In this document: positions 1 to 9,294 of the stretch, piece by piece
How the letters are laid out: the number at the start of each line of letters is the position of its first letter
Position numbering within the stretch: the first letter of the stretch is position 1
Notes under the pieces: model-generated
Seen by the model: the letters and a program-made list of their open reading frames with translations, nothing else
Databases searched by the model: none
What the model was told of the DNA's origin: nothing
Position numbers and translations under genes: made by a program
From: Phaeosaccion multiseriatum
Lineage: Eukaryota; Protista; Ochrophyta, other classes
NCBI GenBank assembly: GCA_965112735.1
Contig: OZ218963.1
Location: forward strand, 2,852,001-2,916,000
DNA: 64,000 bases
Reading direction: 5' to 3'

Positions 1-679
1 AGAGCTGCTCCTCATGGAGCCTTTCGACGGGAAAGCAGACGGTGCGTCGGCGAGAGCCCATTGAACTGTGTGCACTCGGGAGGGAAGGGAAGAGTGTAAG
101 GAGGCCCAACTGGCATTGGGGAATGGGAGCTTAGGAGCGGGATGGAGAGAGGGGAGAGGGGCGGAGCGCTCCCACCTGGAGGACGCCAGGCAGGGTGTTA
201 CCTCAGCCAACACCAGCCAACCCCCCAGCCAGTAGTCGATCCCACCCACCATGTTTCTCTGTCCGTTTCTCTCATCAGTGTGGAGCATTGGCGTGACGTT
301 GTACGGCTTGCTGAGTGGGGCGTTGCCCTTCTCAGCCATGACTGCCAACAAGCTCTACGAACTCATCTTGGACGGGGACTACACCTTCCCGGAGGCCTCC
401 TGGCACCGCGTCTCAACGCATGCCGTGGACTTTGTGCGTCGGATGCTGCAGGTAAACAAATGCATTTGCTGCTTAAGGATCTCGCTTCACTGTCGTGCAT
501 CCTGCATCTGCCCTTACCCCTTTCAATGTATCCTTCTTCAGGTGGAATGTTCGGATCGAGCTACTGCGGAGCAGATGCTGCAGCATGCGTGGCTCGAGGG
601 CGTTGAGGCACAAGACGAAGGCAGGGCACACTCACCTCCCCACGCGAAAGCCTCGGGGGAAGCTTTGCCACCAGGGTGA
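1..679 (+). CDS. Ser/Thr protein kinase (CAMK/CDPK-like), C-terminal part only
   Basis: Exons 1-41, 279-451 and 542-679 joined by GT-AG introns give ELLLMEPFDGKAD/VWSIGVTLYGLLSGALPF...FVRRMLQ/VECSDRATAEQMLQHAW, matching kinase subdomains VIII-XI. The true 3' end is uncertain. Confidence 0.85.
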
Positions 680-1868
680 GCGAGGAGCCCAAACGCAACC
701 CCCCCCCCAAAACGTCGCTCGGCAAAGCAACAGCCCGACCGCCGCCCTGCGAGTATTCTCTCGGCTGCTTCCTCTCCTTCAAGAGCGTAGGGGTGGCCTT
801 ACAGAGGAGGGCCGGTGTTGCGCGCGTATTGAGAACCTTCCACGATTCTTCGGAAGCAAGGTCGTGCTGTGGGCTGCTGCGGCGGCTGTCCCAAAGGACC
901 AATGGACCAATGAGCCACTGACGACCATCAGGCCATCCACCATGGGGTGGACGCCAGGCAGGGGGGCGGGGTGGTTTTCTTCGCAGTAGATGCATGAAGC
1001 CGGGCGGCGCCTGAGAGGTGTTATCAGTTGGGATTCCAGTTTAGGTGCAGGATTCCAGTTTAGGTGTCAGGCTGCAGGGTTAAGCGGTGGTTGGAGATGC
1101 TTGCTTCTAAGGTCTTTTGTGGTGGAGCTTCCAGGCACACCTAAGTGGGCCGCCCTGAGCCCGGCCAGAGCCACCTCATGCGCGCACACGTGGCTTCTTG
1201 GCAGTCCATGTGCAGGGCCGTGGCAAAGGAGCTCAGACCGAGCATGCGAGCATGGGGGGTGTCGAGAGAACGCTCCGGGAGGCAGGGGAAGATGCGTCGG
1301 AGCGGTGGCGGTACAGCAGTTGCTGATGAGGTACATCGGTTGGTTGTTGCTTCAGCGGTTGGTGGTACACCAGTTGGTAGTGCAGCAGTTGGTGATATAG
1401 CAGCGCGAGACGAAGGTTCGTCCAGGTACACAGCTAGGCTGTACCACATGACCATGCACAGCTTTGGTATACTTCTACTTCATATGCTTTCCGACTCGCT
1501 CGGGTGGATTTGAAGCGCTATGTTATGTACTTAGTTGTCGTCAAGTTGTATACACGTGGAGTGTTCTGCTGCTCCAACCTGTACGTACACTGCTCGTTCT
1601 CCTCTTTTCGTTGCTGCTGTGGCCGCCACTCCTCCTCGGAATGGGGTGCTGACTAGATACGAATTTATGGTATATACCCACAATCGTATCAAGGGCTAGC
1701 TAGGACAGGAGAGGATGGTCAATGAGATGAGGTATGCTGTGCATAGGCTCAGGCAAGCCCCCATTGCAGAGTGCCGACCTTTCGCCTCTCGCCAGAAGCC
1801 AAGCGGAAAGGTTCGAGAAGCCAGATTTAGCGCACCCCAAGCAAGAACGCGCCCGGGTAGCCACCCAA

Positions 1869-1909
1869 TCCACCCCTGCCACGCTATTGAGCTATCGCTA
1901 TCGCCGGCG
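1869..1909 (+). mobile_element. Solo left end of TCG-family MITE (subfamily A)
   Basis: tccacccctgccacgctattgagctatcgctatcgccggcg aligns with the left end of the 63640-63830 element (tcgacccctgacacactatccgctatccgctatcgccggcg). Confidence 0.6.
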
Positions 1910-2146
1910 TAGGCCGAAACGCACTGTCCTCAGCCCGCTCACTCACCCTCCCCTCCCCCCGGCAAAAGTTCATTTAAGTTCAAGGTAGGGCAAGCAAAGA
2001 AAGGAAATGGGCAGCCCTCCCTCCCTCCGGCTCTACTCCCCCTCCCCCTTCCTCCCTCCCTCTTTCCCCCCTCCCCCCCTCTCTCTCACCCTCCCGCCCT
2101 CCGTCCCTCCCTCCCCCCCCTTCTCTTCTGCCCTCCCTCCCTTCTG

Positions 2147-2626
2147 CCCTCCCTCCCTCCCTCCCTCCCTCCCTCCCTCCCTCCCTCCCTCCCTCCCTCC
2201 CTCCCTCCCTCCCTCCCTCCCTCCCTCCCTCCCTCCCTCCCTCCCTCCCTCCCTCCCTCCCTCCCTCCCTCCCTCCCTCCCTCCCTCCCTCCCTCCCTCC
2301 CTCCCTCCCTCCCTCCCTCCCTCCCTCCCTCCCTCCCTCCCTCCCTCCCTCCCTCCCTCCCTCCCTCCCTCCCTCCCTCCCTCCCTCCCTCCCTCCCTCC
2401 CTCCCTCCCTCCCTCCCTCCCTCCCTCCCTCCCTCCCTCCCTCCCTCCCTCCCTCCCTCCCTCCCTCCCTCCCTCCCTCCCTCCCTCCCTCCCTCCCTCC
2501 CTCCCTCCCTCCCTCCCTCCCTCCCTCCCTCCCTCCCTCCCTCCCTCCCTCCCTCCCTCCCTCCCTCCCTCCCTCCCTCCCTCCCTCCCTCCCTCCCTCC
2601 CTCCCTCCCTCCCTCCCTCCCTCCCT
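2147..2626. repeat. (CCCT)n microsatellite, about 120 units
   Basis: Directly visible perfect tandem repeat. Confidence 0.98.
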
Positions 2627-2848
2627 TCGGCCCCAGACTGGCCTAGAAGCCTATGCTCTAGGCCCTAGGCCGAGCGGCCTGCGGCCGCTCTAGGCCGGCC
2701 ATTTTTTCTCCCTAGGCCGGCGGTTCTAGGCCTAGGCCTAGGCGGGGGGGGCTGCGCCAAAAATAGGCCTAGGCCGGGGGCCTGCGGCCCCCCTAGGCCG
2801 GCCGAATTTCGTCTCTAGGCCTAGGCTTCTAGGCCAGTCTGGAGCCGA
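2627..2848. mobile_element. TCG-family MITE, subfamily B (CCTAGG-rich), 222 bp
   Basis: About 30-bp TIRs tcggccccagactggcctagaagcctatgc / gcctaggcttctaggccagtctggagccga; flanked on both sides by CTCCCT (2621-2626, 2849-2854). Confidence 0.85.
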
Positions 2849-2959
2849 CTCCCTCCCTTCCTTCTTCTTGATCTTCTCGGGGGTTCGGGGAAACGTCATA
2901 ATTTTAATGACATATGGGAAAGAGTTACCAGAGTGAGGGGGGGTTAGAAGTTAGAAGCC

Positions 2960-3902
2960 ATGGCTCTCTTCTCCCATCGGAGGAAGGAGCAATGGCGGAA
3001 AGGAGGAGGTCGCTGGGGAACCGGAGCCTGGGTTGTTGGGCTTAATGTGCTTCTCCTGTGTGCGAGCAGCAGGAACTCCGCGAATGCCGTGGTGACGCCC
3101 AACGAGTATCGGATTGAGGGCGAACTGGTATGGTTCGACGACTTCGACGGGGACATCGTAGATGGAGACAAGTGGGCCTTCGATGAGGGAGACGGTGAGT
3201 ATTGAGGATTGAGTCCAGGAGAGAGGAATGCTCTCGGTGTATCGGCACGCGGAGGAGTCCATTGTGTCTACCTTCAGGAGGGGACTGGCGGAGTTTTCCC
3301 GCCGAGGCTTTCCTCGAGGATTGATTTGGATTGTCGCGATGCTTTGTTGGCCTTCTCGCCTAATCTCCTCTCTCCCCTGCGGCTGCCTGCTGGGTCCCGT
3401 TCCGACTTCTCGCTTGGCTTGTGTTTTCCCCAACGTGGTGTGCACGGGTCGTTTGTTGGAATCCCCCGTCTATAGGCTGCGACCAGAACCTCTGCACGTG
3501 GGGCAATCAGGAGGAGCAGCACTATAGGAGCGAGAACGCCGAGGTGTCGGACGGGGCTCTGCGCATTACTGTGAAAGAGGAGGTCTACGCCTCCAGCAAG
3601 TACACGAGTTCCAAGCTGGTAAGCCGTCAAAGGGCAGACTTCAAGTACGGGCGAGTGGAGGCGAGGATCACCTTGCCGGAGGCTGCCGATGGATTGTGGC
3701 CCGCATTTTGGATGCTTTCAACTGATCAAAAGTACGGGGGGTGGCCACGCTCGGGAGAGATTGACATTATGGAGGCTCGGAATGACATGCTCAATGTCAA
3801 GAACAACCTCGTCTACGGCCAGGGCTACCCCAACCAGGTGAGCGGCCGACCCCTCTTGACTCCTTCCACGGCATTGCTCTCTCTCTCTCTCTCTCTCTCT
3901 TT

Positions 3903-3949
<47 letters not shown>

Positions 3950-6579
3950 TCTGTCTCTCTCATCACTCATCGCTCCCGGTCCCTCCTCCCCATTGAACAA
4001 TTCACAACAGTCCACTGCGGCCAGCGACGACAAGCCGTGCTACGAGGAATTGGCAAATCCCGGCGAGCCCCATGTGTTTGCCATGGAGTGGACGGAAAGC
4101 GAGTTCCGGTGGTTTGTGGACGGAAACGAAACTTGCCAGCACGACTTTTGGTTCTCAGAGGACCTGTACACGGGGGAGACAATCGACGACAGAACTGCGC
4201 CTTTTGACGAGAAGGTGAGACCGAACAAGATCAGCACCACACCTCCAGCAAACAACCTCTTAGTTTGATTCTTGTTCTCCTCCCTCCTGTGTCTGTCTGT
4301 CCCCTTTGTGCGTAGTTTTACCTCATCTTGAACGTGGCTGTGAATGGTTCGTTCACCGGAAGCGACAAAGCTGTGGGTGACGTTGACGGCAAGCAGATGG
4401 TGGTGGACTACGTACGAGTGTACCAAGACGCGAGCACCAGGGACCCTCCCCCAAGCGTTTTCGAGGGCGATGCGATTGGAACAGGGGCGAAGCAGGGGGT
4501 GGAGGTCTGGCCGGGGGGCGATGTTGTTGCCGCGGCGGCAATCGATGATAGTGCAGACGCCGCAAACAGCTCCGCGACTGCGACTTTCCCTCTCGCTACG
4601 TGGAAACCGCTGGCAGCAGATGCAGGCTACTGCAACTACGGAAGCGCTCTGTGCAACAGTGAGGTGCAGGCGTACAGTGAGGAAGCCATCGCCGTGGACG
4701 AATCTACTGGAGTCTTGAGCATTTCTGTGAGCTACGACGCGGACACCGACCTCTATTCCTCGGGCTTGGTGGAGTCTCAAGAAGCGGTAACTTTCACACA
4801 CGGCCGGGCAGAGGCGTACATGAAAGTGCCCAATGGGGTTGGAGTGGCGACGACCATGTGGCTCACTCCGACCTCTGCCACGGAGGGCGATTCGGACCCG
4901 CGTATCTACGTCATGGGGGCCGCGGACGGGGTCTTGAGGGGAGGATTGGAAGGGGATGGCCTTGAAACCACGACGTGTGTAGCTCCCTTCCTCTCCGCCT
5001 CTGGGGATAGTTTGGGGGACGGTTATCACCTGTTCGCCGTGGAGTGGACGCCCCAGGGGTTTGTGCGTTGGTACGTGGACGATGTGCAGTACTGCGAGGC
5101 TGTGGGATACGCCAGTGTCCTCGACGAGGAAATGTATCTGTCCGTCAATGTGGTAGTGGGAAGGGATACTGAGGGCGAAGCCATCGACGGTCCTGAGGTG
5201 CAGGGTGGAAACGTGCTTCCCGCCACGTTGGAGGTGGAGTACGTGCGGGTGCTGCAGTTTGAGGATTGGCAAGAGCCTGCACCGAGTAGATATGTGACGG
5301 ACGGATTTCTCATCTTTAGCGACGAGTTCAAGGTAGACGCTTTGGACCTGAGGCGATGGACGCACGAGATTGGAAATGGGTGCCCGGAGAACTGTGGCAA
5401 TGGAAACAACGAGGCCCAGTGGTACCAGGCGGAGAATGTTGAGGTCAGCGACGACACACTCCAGATCATCGCCAAGCAGGAGATATCACACGGGAGCATT
5501 TACACGAGCGGGAAGGTGAGCACGAATGGGACGGCATCTTTCCACATGGGGTCGCGATTCGAGGTTCGGGCCAAGCTCCCCCACGGAGAGGGGATGTGGC
5601 CGGCCATTTGGCTCATGCCCGTCGATCCTCAGTACGGCGACTGGCCCGCCAGTGGTGAGATTGACCTCATGGAGAATAGAAACTACATGGAGAAGCTCAT
5701 CGGCAGCTTGCATTTTGGCCGAGAGTACGAGTATGGCACCCGGAATCAAGACAACCTCATCAACTACCGAGGTGGCCTGTGCTACGATGTCGACGAGGAG
5801 CACTTCTCGGACGACTTCCACACGTATGCCATGGAGTGGGAGCCGGACGCCTTCCGGTGGTATGTGGATGGACACCTCTATTGCGAGCGCAAGTATTGGT
5901 ACTCCGTCAGTCCAGACGGCACCGAGAATGCCTTCCCCGCGCCCTTCGACCAGGTGAGTGAGGCATTCCCTTTCCCCTCACAGCCCCTAGGTACTGTATC
6001 GTTGTGTGTGTGTGTGTGTGTGTGTGCGTGCGTGTGTGTGTGTGCGTGCGTGTGTGTGTGTGTGCGTGTGTGAACATGCTTCCTTCCCCACCTTGTCTTG
6101 TCAAGCTCCTACTGTCGCCTGTGTGTATCTCAAACCGCTTCCTTCCCTGCCGTGTTTTGTCCCGCGCCGTGTTCCCTTTCAAACAGGAATTCTACCTCAT
6201 TATGAACATCGCAGTGGGAGGCACCTTCACGGGCGGCATCATCATGGACGGAGAAGACTTCCCCACCACGTTTGCAGTGGACTGGGTGAGGGTGTACTCA
6301 ATGGACGAGAATGACATCATATTCTTCGAGCCCGACCCCACCTTTGACAACCTCGACAGAGGAGGAAGCAGCGTCAGTCTCATGACCGTTGGTATTGTGG
6401 TCGGCGTCATCGCTGGGCTCTGTCTCGCGTGCTGCGTCGGCAAGGCGCTCATGGGCTCGTCCAAGAAGGGGGACCATGTGGAGATGGGTGGAGCGGTGGT
6501 GTCTCCCATGCCGTCGGACATTGGCTCGCAGGAGATCAAGACGGGCACACAGGGAGGCACAGTGCGCACCTCTGTGTGA
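2960..6579 (+). CDS. Membrane-anchored protein with three GH16 (beta-1,3-glucanase/laminarinase-like) domains
   Basis: Exons 2960-3194, 3476-3837, 4011-4214, 4316-5953 and 6187-6579. WPAFWML...WPRSGEIDIME and WPAIWLMP...WPASGEIDLME motifs; N-terminal hydrophobic signal; C-terminal TM VGIVVGVIAGLCLACCVG. Confidence 0.92.
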
Positions 6580-6958
6580 GACGCGTGCTTGGCTTGGTAG
6601 CTTGTGTGTGTTTGTGTGTGTACATATATACATACGTGCGTGTTTCACGCTCCTTCGCAGGCCCACTTTGGAGGGTAGAGGGGGTCAACTGTACGACGTC
6701 AGGCGCGAGTGGGCATTTCTCCCGCAGCCTCCCTCTCACTGATTTGACAGGCTTAGGCAATTAGAAGGGGGCAGTCAAGTACAGAACTGACCCAAGGCAA
6801 ACCCATTATATGCTTATGTAAGCCTGGGTTGGTTTCCCTCAACAGCCCTACTTGCTCAGGAGGGTTAAGTTGTCTCACGCACGCACGCACACCTCGCCAA
6901 AGGGAGTGTGTGTGAGTGCTTGCGTGCTTGCGTGACTGGTGGAGTGAATGAGTACATG

Positions 6959-7160
6959 AGTGTGTGTGTGCGTGTGTGTGTGTGTGTGTGTGCGTGTGCG
7001 TGTGTGCGTGTGTGTGTGTGTGTGCGTGTGTGTGTGTTCGACCCCTGACGCACCCTGACGCACTATCCGCTATCGCCGGCGCCAGCCGATCCGCTGTCCG
7101 CTATTGGATAGCGCGCTATCGAGAATGTGGGCGATAGTGCGTCAGGGCTCGATCGTGTGT

Positions 7161-7239
<79 letters not shown>

Positions 7240-7303
7240 TGTATGTGTGTGTGTATGTGTGTGTGTATGTGTGTGTGTGTGAGTGTGTGTGTGTGTGAGT
7301 GTG
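6959..7303. repeat. (GT)n-rich microsatellite interrupted by a MITE
   Basis: TG/CG/TA dinucleotide tracts at 6959-7037 and 7155-7303. Confidence 0.9.
7038..7152. mobile_element. TCG-family MITE, subfamily A, 115 bp
   Basis: tcgacccctgacgca...gatagtgcgtcagggctcga TIRs. Internal gatagcgcgctatcgagaatgtgggcgatagtg is identical to the 63640-63830 copy. No clean TSD (inside a GT repeat). Confidence 0.85.
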
Positions 7304-7437
7304 TGGGTCAGGTCGAGGTCGGGGAGTTGGGAGGGGGTGTGTATGGTGAGTGATACAGTAAGTCAACAGGGCTTTTGAGCCGGCCGGACGCGCCAAGGAA
7401 GCAAGGAAGCGTCTCAAGTACCAAAGGCAAGCAAAAG

Positions 7438-8040
7438 ATGCACCGCAGCCATGGTGACATGGTGTGCCCAGGTGATTGCCTGGGGGCGACGGACGCTCTC
7501 GTTGTAGGACCGGGTACGTTCAGCAGAGGCAAAGCAATCTACGCCAGTGTTGTGGGCCCCCTCAGCATCAAAGCCCAGGACGGAGAAGGGAGCACAGCAG
7601 CAAAGAAGAAGAGTATCGTGACGGTGGTGCAGGAGTCGTATGCACGCGCTCAAGACTATGTGGTGGAGGTGGGAGATGTGGTGATGGGAAAGGTGACGCG
7701 CTTGAGTACGTCCCAGGCCTATGTGGAGATGCTCTGTGTGGGGCAAGTTGTCCTGCGCGAGGCCTACCAGGGAGTGATTCGGAAGGAGGACGTACGGCGT
7801 ACCAATGTGGATCGAGTGGACTTGAATGAAGCGTTCCGCCCTGGGGACATTGTGCGCGCCCGGGTGATTTCACTGGGGGACGCCCGTCAGTACTACCTCT
7901 CCACAGCGGAGGCCGAGCTTGGGGTGCGGTGGGCGAAGGAAAAGAGCACTGGGGAGATTCTCGTCCCGCTGAGCGCCACGGAGATGCAGTGCCCCTCCAC
8001 GCTAGAGAGGGAGCCGAGGAAGGTGGCGAAGCCCGTGTGA
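7438..8040 (+). CDS. CSL4: Exosome complex component CSL4 (EXOSC1), intronless
   Basis: VCPGDCLG...GPGTF, VGDVVMGKVTRL, GVIRKEDVR, FRPGDIVRARVISLGD, YYLSTAEAELGV, MQCP...EPRKVAKP. Confidence 0.95.
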   Translation: MHRSHGDMVCPGDCLGATDALVVGPGTFSRGKAIYASVVGPLSIKAQDGEGSTAAKKKSIVTVVQESYARAQDYVVEVGDVVMGKVTRLSTSQAYVEMLCVGQVVLREAYQGVIRKEDVRRTNVDRVDLNEAFRPGDIVRARVISLGDARQYYLSTAEAELGVRWAKEKSTGEILVPLSATEMQCPSTLEREPRKVAKPV

Positions 8041-8352
8041 GAGGGGACGAGTATTCTAGCCCTGAGAAGGGACATTTCTGCTGGACGTGAGTACTTGTTA
8101 TCAGCGGCCAAGAATGTGTGGATATTCAGAGCTTTGAAGAGTACTTGCGTCAAAAGTAGACTCGACGGACATCAGTGGTCTCGACGGACAGCGCAACCCT
8201 AGAGTACTACTACTACAGCATCGGGGCTGGGCTGCGGACGCGTACTTGCCATCCCCTTCTGACGACGCAGACGTGCGCCTCGACGCGGGTGTACCGGTCT
8301 GTCGTCCCCCGTGTCCTCGTCCCACTACTACTACTTCCACTGCGATTACCGC

Positions 8353-8387
<35 letters not shown>

Positions 8388-8669
8388 CTACTACTACGGC
8401 TGTTGAGGAGGGGTGTTGCGTGCATGGATCGGCCGACGTGGATCTGTGCTGTGGAGTGGTGCCGTCTTATGTCGACCCTACCCTCAGCCATGGCTACTTC
8501 TGCTGTCGCTGCGGAGGTCTTGCCGCTGGAGTAGGAGAGTAGGACCCCCGGAGCCCATGAGCGTCCGGCCGCCAGTTCCAGAGTGACGGAAGGGAGATCA
8601 AAGGACTATCAGCCTTAGGACGGGAGACGATCGAATTCATTCTCTGTCGTAGCCCCTGGGGGAGCATGG

Positions 8670-8757
8670 TCCACCCCTGACGTGCTACCGACGCATTCTC
8701 TGAGCATTCTACTTGTACTGGCCGCCGGCCGGTAGCAGGTAGCACGTCAAGGGTCGA
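8670..8757. mobile_element. TCG-family MITE, subfamily C, 88 bp
   Basis: tccacccctgacgtgctacc / ggtagcacgtcaagggtcga TIRs; flanks GCATGG and GTATGG (6-bp TSD, 1 mismatch). Confidence 0.8.
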
Positions 8758-8786
8758 GTATGGGGGACGATCGAACGTTTCTGTGG

Positions 8787-9075
8787 TAGAGCCCGTAGCA
8801 GACTGTGGGTGGGTTAATGAGTTCGAAGGCGGGAGCTCATGATGGGCGCCTCAGCTCCATTGGAATATGATGAAGGCGCGGCAGAAGATAATAGCTCAGT
8901 AGGGACCTAAGTCGCCCCCCCCTTCACGCCCAGAGTGTCATATCCCGCAGGCTGCGTGTCCTTCTCTTCTGCCGCCCCTTCATTATGTTCCAGCGGAGCT
9001 TCGGCGTTCGCCATGACCCCCTCTTCGAACTCTCGCATACAAGCACAATCGGCCCACGTAGTCTCTTCTGTCTAC
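8787..9075 (+). ncRNA. Candidate long hairpin RNA (pre-miRNA-like)
   Basis: Arms of about 70 nt (8819-8890 and 8961-9032) are imperfect reverse complements with weaker extensions. About half of the substitutions give G:U pairs on the + strand. Confidence 0.4.
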
Positions 9076-9294
9076 GTCCCGGCAGGGTGATATGTTATAA
9101 TATGAACCTTACGTAATTATCCAATTTCAGTTTCAGGTTCGCTCCCAAAGATCATAGCTGCTGCTTCTCCAGCTTTTCCCCCTCGTCCTCCCGCCGTGGC
9201 ATAAGGACTGCTTAGACATTCGACCTCCCTTGTATCTCTCTCTGGATATTCACGCTGAGCTGCGGGCGCTTCGCTACCCGCTAGTGTTGCACCG

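Noticed and set aside
680-1860. Further kinase exons or a separate gene
   Set aside because: No consistent splice model or recognisable domain.
2007-2693. 228-aa PPSL-repeat ORF (extensin-like)
   Set aside because: It is simply the translation of the (CCCT)n microsatellite running into a MITE.
4040-5365. 441-aa minus-strand ORF and similar long antisense ORFs
   Set aside because: Shadows of GC-rich coding exons on the opposite strand with no recognisable motifs.
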